A program made the translations under genes and the position numbers. The notes under the pieces were generated by a model that saw only the letters and a list, made by a program, of their open reading frames with translations, was not told the DNA's origin and ran no database searches. From Tubiluchus corallicola (Eukaryota > Animalia > Priapulida): a stretch of DNA of 64,000 bases. The stretch spans positions 124,001-188,000 of the forward strand of contig JAQGDQ010000270.1 in assembly GCA_030141605.1 (NCBI GenBank), written 5' to 3'. The first letter of the stretch is position 1. Each line of letters opens with the position of its first letter. Shown here in pieces: positions 9,547-21,265 of this stretch.

Positions 9547-11216
9547 CTACTCCCTCCAAAAATCTGCCAGAGCTTCTGCCTGACTTAATACTGTTTCTGT
9601 TGCCAGTTTTTGTAAATCCGGGGGATAACCATAACGACGAAGTGTTCTTTTAACGATTACTCTCAGCTTCTTTTTTACTGACTCTTTAACTGTCCAATCT
9701 ATTGTAGCATTGGCTTTCACTTGCTCAACAAGTACCCTTGCAAGCTTTAATAATACTTCATCCCCAAGCATATTTTTAGCACTTTTATTGGATGATACAG
9801 CATCATAGAAAGCAAGCTCATCTTTCGATAAGCCCATTTTTTCGCCACGCCTGTCCGCTTCTTTTATCTCCTTGGCCAGTTCAATCACTTCCTGAATAAT
9901 TTCAGCAGTGGTGATTAAGTTGTTTTGGTAGCGTTTAATGGATGATTCCAACATCTCCTTTAGAGTGCGGCTCTGAACAATGTTGTACTTCGCTCTAGTC
10001 TTAATTTCATCGCGGAGTAGTTTTTTGAGGACTTCCAGGGCAAGGTTCTTATGCTTCATCTCTTTCATCTCCTCAAGGAAGTCGTCATCCAATACAGACA
10101 GTTCCGGCTTTTTAATTCCTGCTGCATCGAAAATATCAACCACCTGTTCAGAAACTATGGCTTTATCAACCACTTGTTTTATAGCTGTTTCAACCTCATA
10201 GTCGGTTTTTCCTCCGGAAGCTTCGCCCATATCTATCTTTTGGATTCGGGCTTTCACAGCCTGAAAGAATGCAATCTTATCTTTGGCATCCATTGCTTTA
10301 TCATGGGGTAGGGCAATTGAGAGCGCTTTTGATAGTGCTGTTACTTCTTTTACATATCTGTTTTTACCATCATCCAAGCTAAGAATATGCTCAACCGCAG
10401 AGATTATTACTTCCAGTTTCTCCTTAATGGGAGCATTGAAATAGCTCTTATAAGCGAATCCATCACCGCCGACCCTGGAGGCAGGTAGGTATGGAACTTC
10501 AGGATCGGCTGCCATAGCGTAGTCAACATGTTGAGTTACAGCACTTTATGAAAGCATTTGAGAAACCACTTCAAGCTTTTCCAACATAAGCTGAACAGCT
10601 TTCTCTTGTGCTTCTGCCGGGTTGCCTTTTCCACCACTATCGGAATAGAAGGACAATGCCTTTTTTAAATCGGATGCGATACCAAAATAGTCTACTACCA
10701 AGCCTCCCGGTTTATCTTTATACACTCGGTTAACCCTTGCTATGGTTTGCATCAGGTTGTGCCCTTTCATCGGTTTGTCGATATATATGGTGTGCATATT
10801 CGGTACATCAAACCCGGTCAGCCACATATCCCGAACAATCACCAGTTTCATTGGGTCTGAGGTGTCTTTTATTCGGTCGGCTAATGCCCTGCGTTCATCT
10901 TTTGAGGTGTGGTGTTTCATCATGCCAGGGCCATCGGATGATGATGCGGTCATTACCACTTTTAAGACATCTTTATCCAAATCATCATAGTGCCAATGAG
11001 GGCATATTTTTATTATTTCATTGTATAGGTCAACAGCGATTTGACGGCTCATGGTAACAATCATTGCCTTCCCCTCAATACCGCTATGTTGTAGGTAAAC
11101 AGGCTTGGTATGGCTTCCTTATAGGTTTGTATCTGTTTGAATGCCGAGTGTAGGGTGGCATTTTCGTCAACAGCATTTTTTAGTTCAAAAATGACCAGGG
11201 GCAGACCATTCACAAA
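9547..11216 (-). pseudogene. hsdR: type I restriction endonuclease subunit R remnant
   Basis: Nuclease motif [13 protein letters not shown] (from ~11216) abuts [20 protein letters not shown] and IARVNR helicase motifs follow, then an in-frame TAA at 10546-10548 and a C-terminal DUF3387-like domain. Confidence 0.88.
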
Positions 11217-11657
11217 TTTCGTGTTTTTGGCAGCCTTGTATTTTCAAAGTGTAGCTTACAGCCAGGTGTGTCATTTTATACGATATATGTTGTGCGTACT
11301 ATCTTTTTGAGTAGTCTGCATGGTAGTACATTTTGATGTTTTTACAGTGTTCGTTCAGTTTTCTTTGATATGAACTGAGATTTTTCTCCTTACAAAGGCA
11401 TTAACTTTTCATTTATCAAAATTTGTTTTTTGAGCAAACTTTGTACATTTGTCTTCTGAATATTTTTAGAATTTTTAAAAAACGAACTTATGGCTTACAA
11501 GATTACAGAAGAGTGCATTGCCTGCGGGACATGTGTTGATGAGTGCCCTGTAGAGGCAATAACTGAAGGTGATATTTATATAATTGATCCTGAATTGTGT
11601 ACCGATTGTGCCTCTTGTGTTGATGTATGTCCTGTGGAGGCAATTGTGCCTGCATAG
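11217..11657 (+). repeat. direct repeat copy 2 (non-coding leader plus ferredoxin)
   Basis: Aligns with 8686-9132 and begins where the hsdR remnant is cut. Confidence 0.9.
11490..11657 (+). CDS. 2[4Fe-4S] ferredoxin, 55 aa
   Basis: Hand translation MAYKITEECIACGTCVDECPVEAITEGDIYIIDPELCTDCASCVDVCPVEAIVPA; two intact CxxCxxCxxxCP motifs. Confidence 0.93.
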   Translation: MAYKITEECIACGTCVDECPVEAITEGDIYIIDPELCTDCASCVDVCPVEAIVPA

Positions 11658-12332
11658 CGAAAGACAGCGTGTTGCCCTACCATACTGGTTGATTGTGGGC
11701 TGGTTTAAACAGAGAGTGTGAAACGGCCCCACCTGGCCTTCCTTGGCTAAAGAGGGTGATCAGGTAGTATAATTCGATTATCCCGGACACTGTTCTGATG
11801 ATATTTTATTTTTTGGAGCGAAGGCTTATTATGGGCTTTTGAAGAGTTCCTCTACCTATCTATTTCGTTTTTTAATAATAAAAATAAGAAGAGCCTTAGT
11901 AAAAGCAACCCCATTATCACAAGAATTTTTGCAGCTTATAGAACAACATGAGCAAGCACCTGCAAATTAGTAATAACCTACCTTGCAGCTGCATACCTAT
12001 TGAGTATTACCAGTAAGCCCCCCTTTTTTATAAAAACGACAACAAAAGCGATAATATCAAACTAAACCAATTTATTTTTACAGCATTAAGCATAGGGTAG
12101 CAGTTCCCTTGAGATTCCTGTATAGAGCGGGTGTGGTATATTGTCACCAAATTTTCTTCAATCAGAGCCTCTAAGATGCCTTTTGCCTTACAAAGGCTTT
12201 GTCGGACCTATCTTACTTTAGCACCTAAAGCAAAATCTTATTATTAACTTTGTGCGAAGGGCGGTTGTGTGTTCTGTCCGGGTATTCCTGTAAAAGGGAG
12301 CTGAGTTAAGTAGTAAGAGTAATTAGATATAG

Positions 12333-15300
12333 ATGAAGTGTAAGCCTGATATATATGAGATACTGAAGAGCCGCATTCTGATTTTAGATGGGGCGATGGG
12401 GACTATGATACAGAGGTGTAATCTTTCTGAGGAGGATTATCGCGGAAGCATAGGTGTATCCAATAAACCTATGAAGGGGAATAACGATATTTTAACGCTT
12501 ACCAGGCCGGAAATTATCGAGAGTATTCATGAGTCTTTTCTGAAGGCTGGAGCGGATATAATAGAGACCAATACATTCAATGCGACGAGCATATCACAAG
12601 CCGATTATGGAACAGAAGGTCTTGTTTATGAGATAAACAGGAGTGCGGCAAAGCTGGCGCGCAGAGTGGCGGACAGCTATACTACTCCGGGGAGGCCGCG
12701 ATTTGTGGCGGGCTCAATAGGACCTACTAATAAAGCGACTTCTATCTCTCCTGATGTTAATGATCCCGGTTACAGGGCGATTACTTTTAATGAGATAAAG
12801 GAGTCTTACCGTGAGGGGATAGATGGGCTTTTTGAAGGAGGGGTGGATATATTGCTGATAGAGACTGTCTTTGACACCCTCAATGCGAAAGCGGCAATGG
12901 TAGCAGCGGAAGAGGTGTTTGCAGACAGGGGTAGGTGCTTGCCTGTGATGGTTTCGGGGACAATTGCCGATGGGAGTGGGCGCACTCTCTCCGGTCAGAC
13001 AGTCGGAGCATTTCTCAACTCTGTGTCACATTTTAACCTGTTATCTGTGGGCTTCAATTGCTCGTTAGGTGCAAAAGAGATGTTGCCATTTCTCAAGGAG
13101 TTATCCGATATATCTCCTTTTTATGTAAGCACACACCCCAATGCGGGTCTTCCAAATCAGTTCGGAGAGTATGACGATACACCCGAGATGATGGGGCATC
13201 AGGTGGGTGAGTTTATAGGGAGAGGTCTGGTAAATATTGTTGGGGGGTGTTGTGGTACTACCCCCTCTCATATTGAGGTGCTGGCAGGGATAGCAGGGGA
13301 GGCTGTTCCTCGTGCAAGAAAAGAGATAGGGAGGGTGACATGCCTGAGTGGGCTTGAATCGCTAACTATCTCGCCAGCTACAAATTTTGTAAGCATAGGT
13401 GAGCGGTGCAACGTATCTGGCTCCAGGAAGTTTGCGCGGTTAATAAAGGAGGGGAAGTATGAAGAGGCTCTTTCTATAGCGAGGAGTATGGTTGAAGGTG
13501 GTATGCAGGTCGTAGATGTAAATATGGACGATGCTATGCTTAATGCAGAGGGGGAGATGGTGAGGTTTCTGAACCTGATGATGTCGGAGCCGGATATTGC
13601 GAGGCTGCCTGTAATGGTTGATTCTTCAAGATGGGAGGTGATTGAAGCGGGGTTACAGTGTTTGCAGGGCAGGTCTGTTGTAAATTCAATAAGCCTTAAA
13701 GAGGGGGAGGAGAAGTTTAAAGGGAGGGCTCTTGCCATTAAAAAGTATGGGGCTGCTGTTGTTGTTATGGCTTTTGATGAGCAGGGGCAGGCTACAAGTT
13801 ACAAACGCCGGATGGAGATATGCACCAGAGCTTACAGGATACTTACAAATGAGGTTAAGTATGCTCCGGAGAATATCATATTTGATCCAAATGTTTTGTC
13901 AATAGGTACAGGCATGGAGGAGCACAACAACTATGCGGTGGATTTTATAGAAGCAGTAAGGGGTATAAAGAGAGAGCTGCCGTATGTGAAAGTGTGTGGA
14001 GGTATTTCTAATATATCGTTTTCATTTCGGGGGAATAACACTGTGCGCAAGGCTATGCACTCAATATTTTTATATCATGCGATAGAGGCGGGTCTGGATA
14101 TGGGGATTGTGAATCCCGGCACGCTGCACTCTTATGAAGAGATACCCATGGATTTGCTGGAGCTTGTGGAGGATGTTGTTTTGAACAGAAGAGATGATGC
14201 TACCGGTAGGCTTATTGAGTTTGCAGAGGGTATAGATACAAAAGGGAAAGAGGCGAAACATGAAGCTAAGGAAGGGTGGCGGTCTTTACCGGTGGAGAAA
14301 CGATTAGAGCATAGCATAGTAAAAGGTTTGACGGAGTATATCGAAGAGGATATTGAGGATGTATTGTCAAATTATGACACTGCTGTCCAGGTTATTGAGG
14401 GTCCGCTGATGAGTGGTATGGGTGTTGTGGGTAAGCTATTTGGGGATGGTAAGATGTTTTTGCCACAGGTGATAAAGTCGGCACGGGTTATGAAAAGGGC
14501 GGTGTCTATGCTACAGCCTGCCATTGAAAAGGGGGAGAGCCACAAGGGGCAATTGCGGAACAGGGAAAAGGTGGTTTTAGCTACAGTGAAAGGTGATGTC
14601 CATGATATAGGTAAAAACATTGTGTCCCTCGTTTTGGCATGTAACAATTTTGAGGTTATAGATCTAGGGGTGATGGTTCCTGCCGATACTATACTTGAGC
14701 GGGCAGTTGAGGAGAAGGCTGATATAATAGGTTTGAGTGGGCTTATAACTCCTTCACTGGAAGAGATGGTTAATGTTGCTAATGAGATGGAGCGCCGCAA
14801 CATGAGCACACCTTTGATTTTGGGAGGAGCAACGACCTCAAAGGTGCACACTGCGGTAAAAATTGCTCCGGTTTATAAGCATCCTGTGGTACATGTAAAA
14901 GATGCTTCACAAGCCAGCCAGGCTGTTCAAAGCCTGACATCAGGTGATAGCTCTTTCCTGGAGGGTGTAAACAGGCGGTATGATGAGCTTAGGACATTAC
15001 AGGAAGGTAAAGGGCAAAGGAGATACTTGTCGCTTGCGGATGCGCGAGCAAACGCATTTGTTCCTGACAGGGAGGGAGATAGTGTCTGTGAGCCTAATTT
15101 TAAGGGGGTTAAGGTTTTAAGCAATTACCCTTTGGATGAATTGAGGAGCTATATCGACTGGACCCCGTTTTTTTTGGCACTTGGGTTTAAGGGAAAATAT
15201 CCTGCTATTCTCAGTGATCCTAAGCAGGGTAAGGAGGTTTGTAAGCTTTATGATGAAGCAAACAGATTGCTCGATGAGGTGGTAGGAGGTGGGATGCTTG

Positions 15301-16004
15301 TGGCAAATGGAGTTTTTGGTATTTGGCCAGCAAACTCTGTGGGAGATGATATTGAGCTGTATGCCGATAAGAGTAGGAACAATATATTGGGCAGGTTTTA
15401 CCATCTCAGGCAACAGAGGGAGGGCCGCAATGGTTCGCCCAATTACTGCCTTAGTGATTTTGTGTCTCCAAAGTCACTAGGGATAACTGATTATTGCGGT
15501 GCTTTTGCTGTTACTGCGGGTTTGGGCCTTGACAAGCATGTGAGGCGGTATAAAAGTGGGAAAGATGATTTTAAGGCTGTTATGCTTACTGTCCTTGCTG
15601 ACCGTCTTACTGAAGCATTTGCAGAGAGGTTGCATGAGCTTGTGCGCAAGGAGTATTGGGGATATGCACCGAAAGAAAAATTGTCGTTAGAAGATATGAT
15701 AAATCTTAAGTATAAAGGGATACGTCCGGCTTCGGGATATCCTGCGTGTCCTGAGCACTCAGAGAAGGGGTTTCTTTTCAACTTACTGGAGGTAGAAAAG
15801 AGCACAGGGATATCGTTGACCGAGCATTTTGCTATGTCTCCCTCTGCTTCTATTTGTGGGCAATATTTTGGTCACTCTGCCGCTTTCTATTTTGGAGTTG
15901 GTAAGGTGTCCAGAGAACAGGTCGAGGATTATGCGCAACGGCGGGGAGTGGATGTGGAGTATGTAGAGAAGTTTCTGTCCTCTAACCTGAGCTATAAAAT
16001 GTGA
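12333..16004 (+). CDS. metH: cobalamin-dependent methionine synthase
   Basis: [34 protein letters not shown]12 motif and [10 protein letters not shown]. Confidence 0.97.
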   Translation: MKCKPDIYEILKSRILILDGAMGTMIQRCNLSEEDYRGSIGVSNKPMKGNNDILTLTRPEIIESIHESFLKAGADIIETNTFNATSISQADYGTEGLVYEINRSAAKLARRVADSYTTPGRPRFVAGSIGPTNKATSISPDVNDPGYRAITFNEIKESYREGIDGLFEGGVDILLIETVFDTLNAKAAMVAAEEVFADRGRCLPVMVSGTIADGSGRTLSGQTVGAFLNSVSHFNLLSVGFNCSLGAKEMLPFLKELSDISPFYVSTHPNAGLPNQFGEYDDTPEMMGHQVGEFIGRGLVNIVGGCCGTTPSHIEVLAGIAGEAVPRARKEIGRVTCLSGLESLTISPATNFVSIGERCNVSGSRKFARLIKEGKYEEALSIARSMVEGGMQVVDVNMDDAMLNAEGEMVRFLNLMMSEPDIARLPVMVDSSRWEVIEAGLQCLQGRSVVNSISLKEGEEKFKGRALAIKKYGAAVVVMAFDEQGQATSYKRRMEICTRAYRILTNEVKYAPENIIFDPNVLSIGTGMEEHNNYAVDFIEAVRGIKRELPYVKVCGGISNISFSFRGNNTVRKAMHSIFLYHAIEAGLDMGIVNPGTLHSYEEIPMDLLELVEDVVLNRRDDATGRLIEFAEGIDTKGKEAKHEAKEGWRSLPVEKRLEHSIVKGLTEYIEEDIEDVLSNYDTAVQVIEGPLMSGMGVVGKLFGDGKMFLPQVIKSARVMKRAVSMLQPAIEKGESHKGQLRNREKVVLATVKGDVHDIGKNIVSLVLACNNFEVIDLGVMVPADTILERAVEEKADIIGLSGLITPSLEEMVNVANEMERRNMSTPLILGGATTSKVHTAVKIAPVYKHPVVHVKDASQASQAVQSLTSGDSSFLEGVNRRYDELRTLQEGKGQRRYLSLADARANAFVPDREGDSVCEPNFKGVKVLSNYPLDELRSYIDWTPFFLALGFKGKYPAILSDPKQGKEVCKLYDEANRLLDEVVGGGMLVANGVFGIWPANSVGDDIELYADKSRNNILGRFYHLRQQREGRNGSPNYCLSDFVSPKSLGITDYCGAFAVTAGLGLDKHVRRYKSGKDDFKAVMLTVLADRLTEAFAERLHELVRKEYWGYAPKEKLSLEDMINLKYKGIRPASGYPACPEHSEKGFLFNLLEVEKSTGISLTEHFAMSPSASICGQYFGHSAAFYFGVGKVSREQVEDYAQRRGVDVEYVEKFLSSNLSYKM

Positions 16005-16088
16005 TTATTTTCCTAAAGGCTGGCGTCTCAGGATAAATACCTATTGAGCTTTTTTATACTTTGGTTGCAGGTTAAATTTTTATATAGA

Positions 16089-17042
16089 ATGAAAGTAATA
16101 GATATTATAAAGCAGTCTGATAAAACAATTTTTTCTTTTGAACTTCTTCCCCCATTGAAGGGGCAGGATGCCGGCAGGCTATATCGTACTATCGAAGAGT
16201 TACTGGAGTTTGAACCTAAGTACATAAACCTTACGGCACACAGGGATGAGGTTGAGTATCGTAAGCTTCCCGGTGGGTTACTTAAAAAGCATACTGTAAG
16301 GAAGCGACCGGGGACCGTTGCAATTGCAGCTTCTATACAACATCGATATAATGTACCTGTTGTACCACATGTTGTTTGCGGTGGATTTACCAGTGAGGAG
16401 AATGAGAATATACTAATTGATCTTAATTTTCTGGAGATAAATAATATATTGGTTCTTCGCGGGGACGGGTTAAAGTCTGATGCTGTTTTTAGACCGGAGC
16501 CTGAAGGGCACGCCTATGCTAGTGAGCTTGTTCAGCAGGTTACCGGGCTCAATAGAGGGGAGTACCTTAATCCTGATTTGAAGAATAGCTCTTGTATGGA
16601 TTTTTGTATAGGAGTGGCTGGATACCCGGAGAAGCATGAGGAGTCTCCAAATATGGAGACAGATCTCCACTACTTGAAGCAGAAGGTTGATGCGGGAGCT
16701 GATTATATTGTTACACAGATGTTTTTTGATAATAAAAAGTACTATAGCTTTGTTGACAGATGCCGCGAAGCCGGTATTAATGTTCCTATAATACCGGGAC
16801 TTAAGCCTATTGCTTTGTCAAATCAGATAAGTGTTTTACCCAAGATATTCAGTATAGATATTCCCGAGGAGCTCTCTTCTGAGGTGCGTAAGTGTAAGAC
16901 TAACGACATGGTCAAAAAGATAGGGGCGGAGTGGTCTATAGAGCAGGCAAAGGATTTAATGGCAAATGATGTGCCATGTATTCACATATACACCTACGGC
17001 GTAACCGATAGCATCAGGCAGATCGCCGGGGAGTTGTTTTAG
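16089..17042 (+). CDS. metF: 5,10-methylenetetrahydrofolate reductase
   Basis: FSFELLPP, LRGD, VAGYPEKH and TQMFFD motifs; ATG at 16089 preferred over the track start. Confidence 0.95.
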   Translation: MKVIDIIKQSDKTIFSFELLPPLKGQDAGRLYRTIEELLEFEPKYINLTAHRDEVEYRKLPGGLLKKHTVRKRPGTVAIAASIQHRYNVPVVPHVVCGGFTSEENENILIDLNFLEINNILVLRGDGLKSDAVFRPEPEGHAYASELVQQVTGLNRGEYLNPDLKNSSCMDFCIGVAGYPEKHEESPNMETDLHYLKQKVDAGADYIVTQMFFDNKKYYSFVDRCREAGINVPIIPGLKPIALSNQISVLPKIFSIDIPEELSSEVRKCKTNDMVKKIGAEWSIEQAKDLMANDVPCIHIYTYGVTDSIRQIAGELF

Positions 17043-17191
17043 AGTACGACTTCTGTATGCTGTTTCAAAAAGAGAGCCGTCTAGCTCTTCTTCATTATAA
17101 AGGGCAGTGTTTTAAATCTAAATGGTTATTTTTGTAGATAGAACAGTTCAACTTCCGCGCGTTTTATGTGCGGTTCACTATATATCATTCT

Positions 17192-18361
17192 ATGAGTTGT
17201 AAAAAAAATGCAAGAGGATGTCCATCTGCTAAAATGACAGGAACCTGTGCAAAACTGGAAGTTTTTGATTGGCTTAAAGATATACCTAATACATTTAATC
17301 CCCGCGAGATAGTTGAGGTCAGGTTTAAAAATACCCGAAAAGATTATTACAGGAATGTAAATGATTTGAGGCTGGATACTGGAGATATGGTTGCTGTTGA
17401 ATCCAGCCCAGGGCATGATATAGGAGTAGTGTCACTTGTTGGCGACTTGGTATTGAAGCAGATGAAGGGAAGAAGAGTAACCTATGTTGGTGGAGAGTTG
17501 AGGAAAATTTATCGCAAGGCCAGTCATGTAGATATTCAGAAATGGGAAGAGGCAATTTCTCTGGAGCATGAAACGATGCTTGAAGCCAGAAAGATTGCGG
17601 AAAATCTTGGGTTGGACATGAAGATTGGAGATGTTGAGTTTCAGGGTGACAAGACAAAGGCTATCTTTTATTACATTGCTGAAGAGCGTGTTGATTTTAG
17701 GCAACTCATAAGAGTTTATGCCGATACCTTTAAAGTTAGAATAGAGATGAAGCAGATAGGTGTCAGGCAGGAGGCAGGAAGGATAGGGGGTGTAGGCTCT
17801 TGTGGGCGGGAGCTGTGTTGCTGTTCATGGATGACTGATTTTGTATCTGTCTCAACAACTGCTGCACGGCATCAGGAGATATCGTTAAATCCGCAGAAAC
17901 TTGCCGGGCAGTGTGGTAAGTTAAAATGCTGTTTAAATTATGAGTTGGATTGCTACATTGACGCGCAGAAAGATTTTCCTCCATATAATGTTCCGTTAGA
18001 AACGGAAAATGCTACTTTTTCTTTTCTCAAAGCGGATATTTTTAACAAAGTGTACTGGTACGCTCCAGAAAAAGGGCTTTTGGGGGGAGTTGTAGCAGTG
18101 CCGATAGATAGAGTTAGGGAGATAATTAACCTGAATAAAGAGGGGAAAAAGGTAAGCCGGTTAACTAACAAAGCAGAGAGTGGAGGTGATACTGACAAGC
18201 ATGGCTACCACAATGCTGTGGGGGAGGACAGGCTTGATAGGTTTGATCACCATAAAAAGTCAGGTAAAAAAAGGAAGAAGGGCAAGTCGGCAAATTACCA
18301 AAAGCGGCAAAGTGTAAAAGGCAAAAACGGTGATAAAAGACGTAAAACAAAAGGGCGTTAG
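17192..18361 (+). CDS. ricT: PSP1/RicT (YaaT) family Fe-S protein
   Basis: RVDFRQL, GSCGRELCC and GQCGKLKCCLNYE motifs; basic tail. Confidence 0.9.
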   Translation: MSCKKNARGCPSAKMTGTCAKLEVFDWLKDIPNTFNPREIVEVRFKNTRKDYYRNVNDLRLDTGDMVAVESSPGHDIGVVSLVGDLVLKQMKGRRVTYVGGELRKIYRKASHVDIQKWEEAISLEHETMLEARKIAENLGLDMKIGDVEFQGDKTKAIFYYIAEERVDFRQLIRVYADTFKVRIEMKQIGVRQEAGRIGGVGSCGRELCCCSWMTDFVSVSTTAARHQEISLNPQKLAGQCGKLKCCLNYELDCYIDAQKDFPPYNVPLETENATFSFLKADIFNKVYWYAPEKGLLGGVVAVPIDRVREIINLNKEGKKVSRLTNKAESGGDTDKHGYHNAVGEDRLDRFDHHKKSGKKRKKGKSANYQKRQSVKGKNGDKRRKTKGR

Positions 18362-18836
18362 TTCAACAGTTTTTATCTCTGTAATCCTCCTTGCAATTGT
18401 ATTCTGTAATTGTAATTCGGGTAGTGTTTACAAGGGGGATAAATCTTTTGACAGGTTTGGCTGGTACAAAGATTCACTGCTTGTGTTTAACTTTGAGGTT
18501 ACTGACACAGCGGTTCCGTTAAATCTTTACCTGAATGTCAGAAATGAGGGTGCATACGAGTATAGTAATTTGTGGCTATTTACATCTGTAAGCAGGAGTA
18601 GTGACACTGTTTTTAGTGATACGCTTGAGCTAACGTTGGCGGATCACACCGGTAAGTGGCGTGGGCGCAGTGGGCTATCCGACCTATATAGCAAGCAGTA
18701 TGAGTATAAAAAACAAGTGCATTTCCCTATTTCTGGTAGCTATTCTGTAAATTTTCAGCATGGTATGCGTACCGATAGCGGATATATAAAGGGAATACGA
18801 AATATAGGGTTAGTGATAGAAGCGGCAGAGCAATAA
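18330..18836 (+). CDS. gldH: gliding motility lipoprotein GldH
   Basis: Lipoprotein-like signal, YEYSNLWLF and DTLELTLADxxGKWxG; follows the PSP1 gene. Confidence 0.85.
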   Translation: MIKDVKQKGVSSTVFISVILLAIVFCNCNSGSVYKGDKSFDRFGWYKDSLLVFNFEVTDTAVPLNLYLNVRNEGAYEYSNLWLFTSVSRSSDTVFSDTLELTLADHTGKWRGRSGLSDLYSKQYEYKKQVHFPISGSYSVNFQHGMRTDSGYIKGIRNIGLVIEAAEQ

Positions 18837-18899
18837 GTAGAGTAATTCTTTACTATATTTGTTGTTAAAGAGAGTTGCTTCAATAAATTTAAGTAGGGA

Positions 18900-19646
18900 G
18901 TGGGGAAAAATAAGCTCGCAAAGTTTATCGAATTAGAGTCTTTTGGAAATGTTATTCAGGTTTCATATAAGGATGTGATATCTGGTGAGTTTGGTATGAA
19001 GGGTAGGTGGGGAGCAGCTTTTTTCAACAATGATAATCCAATAGTTCTTGAGCTGGGTTGCGGAAAGGGAGAGTATACAGTTGGACTTGGGAGGCTACTT
19101 CCCGGGAGAAACTTTATAGGGGTAGATATTAAAGGTGCTAGAATGTGGAAAGGTGCTAAGGAGGCAAGTGAGTCACAGATGAGGAACGTGGGTTTTTTGC
19201 GCACCAATATTGAGCTGCTTGGCTCACTTTTTGGCAGTAATGAGGTTTCAGAAATATGGATAACTTTTCCTGATCCTCAGATGAAAAAGTGCAAAAAGCG
19301 ATTGACATCCTCTTATTTTATGAAGTTGTATCGGGAGTTTTTGGCGCCGGGGGGATTAATACACCTTAAAACGGATAGTAACTTCTTGTACCGGTATACT
19401 ATGGCAATGATTGCTGAGAATAATTTTGACGTACTTGCGAAATCGTGTGACATATACAGCTCTACGGTAGGGGATACATCATTGGATATAAAAACATTTT
19501 ATGAACGGCAGTGGTTGGAGCGGGGAAAGAAGATTAAGTATGTGAGGTTTATGTTAAACGGTGGCAGCATTGTTGAGCCTGAGGTTGAAATTGAACATGA
19601 CGATTATCGTAGTTTTGGCAGGAATCGCAGAGGGGCTATTGAGTGA
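18900..19646 (+). CDS. trmB: tRNA (guanine-N7)-methyltransferase
   Basis: LELGCGKGEY, DIKGARMW, TFPDPQ and HLKTD motifs. Confidence 0.95.
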   Translation: MGKNKLAKFIELESFGNVIQVSYKDVISGEFGMKGRWGAAFFNNDNPIVLELGCGKGEYTVGLGRLLPGRNFIGVDIKGARMWKGAKEASESQMRNVGFLRTNIELLGSLFGSNEVSEIWITFPDPQMKKCKKRLTSSYFMKLYREFLAPGGLIHLKTDSNFLYRYTMAMIAENNFDVLAKSCDIYSSTVGDTSLDIKTFYERQWLERGKKIKYVRFMLNGGSIVEPEVEIEHDDYRSFGRNRRGAIE

Positions 19647-19710
19647 GATACTATTGTAGGGTATAGTAATTGATGAAATATCTACATTAAATACACTATT
19701 TTTAGGTTTT

Positions 19711-20034
19711 ATGTCTGACTTTTATGAAAAGGTGTACGATGTGGCCAGGCTTATTCCGTTTGGAAGAGTAACCAGTTATGGTGCAATAGCGAAGTATCTT
19801 GGTTCGCCACAGTCATCCAGGCTGGTAGGGTGGGCGATGAATAAAGCTGGCTACCAGGATAGGTATATTCCAGCACACAGAGTTGTAAACCGCAATGGAA
19901 TGCTATCGGGCAAGGCTCATTTCGGAGCTCCCAATGCCATGCAGGAGCTGCTTGAAAATGAAGGACATGAGATAAAAGATAATTGTATTATAAATTTTGC
20001 AGATATTTTCTGGGACCCACAGTGTGAAATATGA
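19711..20034 (+). CDS. MGMT-family alkyltransferase-like protein (no catalytic Cys)
   Basis: IPFGRVTSYGAIA; PAHRVV in place of PCHRV. Confidence 0.88.
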   Translation: MSDFYEKVYDVARLIPFGRVTSYGAIAKYLGSPQSSRLVGWAMNKAGYQDRYIPAHRVVNRNGMLSGKAHFGAPNAMQELLENEGHEIKDNCIINFADIFWDPQCEI

Positions 20035-20082
20035 GAATATATCTTTTTTGTACGCTTACTAACCTGTATTTTAATACGCAGT

Positions 20083-21177
20083 ATGATTACAACACCTAAA
20101 AGAGTTACCGATATTTTAAATGGCGTAAGCTACCCGGGTAGTAATGAGAGTATAGTGTCATTGGATATGGTACAGGAAATCAGAATAGCCGGAAACAGAA
20201 TAACATTTACTCTGGTTTTTCAAAGAGATGATGATCCGAATATCGACAAGTTGTCCGAGCTATGCACAGCGGCTTTGAAAAGAGAGACTGGGAAAGATTT
20301 TGATATTATTATAACTCCTAAAGCTCTGCATCAAATGGCGGCTCCTGTTTTACCTGATGTTGAGAATATAATTGCTATAGCTTCGGGGAAAGGTGGGGTT
20401 GGAAAGTCTACTGTTTCTGTTAATTTGGCAGTAGCATTGGCTAAGTCAGGGGCAAAAGTTGGGCTTATAGATGCTGATATTTACGGCCCATCAATTCCCA
20501 AAATGCTTGGGCTGGAGGGTGCGCATCCCTCTACGGAGAAGCTGAATGGTAGGGAGATGATTTCTCCCATGGAGAAGTATGGCATTAAGATCTTGTCAAT
20601 AGGTTTTTTTATGCGTGAGCGACAGGATGCCCTGGTATGGAGAGGCCCTATGGCTTCTAATGCGTTGAAACAGTTAATTACTAAAGGAAACTGGGGTGAT
20701 CTTGACTATATGCTTGTTGATCTGCCTCCAGGCACAAGCGATATTCACCTTACTCTGGTGCAGACAGTTCCTGTAACAGGGGCCGTTATAGTAACTACTC
20801 CCCAAGAGGTTGCGCTGGCAGATGTAGTCAAGGGTGTTGCAATGTTTAAAAGCAAATCTGTTGATGTGCCCATATTGGGAATAGTAGAAAATATGTCTTG
20901 GTTTACACCAGAAGAGCTACCTGACAACAGGTATTATATTTTTGGCAAAGATGGAGGCAAAGATTTAGCGAAGGAGATGGAGTTGCCTTTACTGGGGCAG
21001 ATTCCCATAGTGGGAAGCGTTAGAGAAGATTGTGATAATGGTGTACCTTCAGCATGGGATGATACTTCTGTAACGGTAGAGATATTTGATAGCCTGGCGA
21101 AAAATATTGCTCATTATACACATGTGAGGAATAATTTTCGCAGACCAACGCAAAAAGTTAAGGTGAGAAAGAGGTAA
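20083..21177 (+). CDS. mrp: Mrp/NBP35/ApbC Fe-S cluster carrier ATPase
   Basis: ASGKGGVGKST, DADIYGPS, WRGPM, DLPPGTSD and ENMS motifs. Confidence 0.93.
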   Translation: MITTPKRVTDILNGVSYPGSNESIVSLDMVQEIRIAGNRITFTLVFQRDDDPNIDKLSELCTAALKRETGKDFDIIITPKALHQMAAPVLPDVENIIAIASGKGGVGKSTVSVNLAVALAKSGAKVGLIDADIYGPSIPKMLGLEGAHPSTEKLNGREMISPMEKYGIKILSIGFFMRERQDALVWRGPMASNALKQLITKGNWGDLDYMLVDLPPGTSDIHLTLVQTVPVTGAVIVTTPQEVALADVVKGVAMFKSKSVDVPILGIVENMSWFTPEELPDNRYYIFGKDGGKDLAKEMELPLLGQIPIVGSVREDCDNGVPSAWDDTSVTVEIFDSLAKNIAHYTHVRNNFRRPTQKVKVRKR

Positions 21178-21265
21178 CTATGTTTTAATAGTTATCTATT
21201 TTGGGAGAATACGGTTGTGGGTGATAATTTATTATTGAATAAGCAGTTGTTGTAGCTGCTAGTTA

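Noticed and set aside
9547-11064. Two-gene defence system or programmed stop read-through
   Set aside because: Both ORFs are collinear pieces of one hsdR that also lacks its N-terminus and ATPase core.
12050-12332. Cobalamin or SAM riboswitch upstream of metH
   Set aside because: I could not find the B12-box or SAM-I core motifs by eye.
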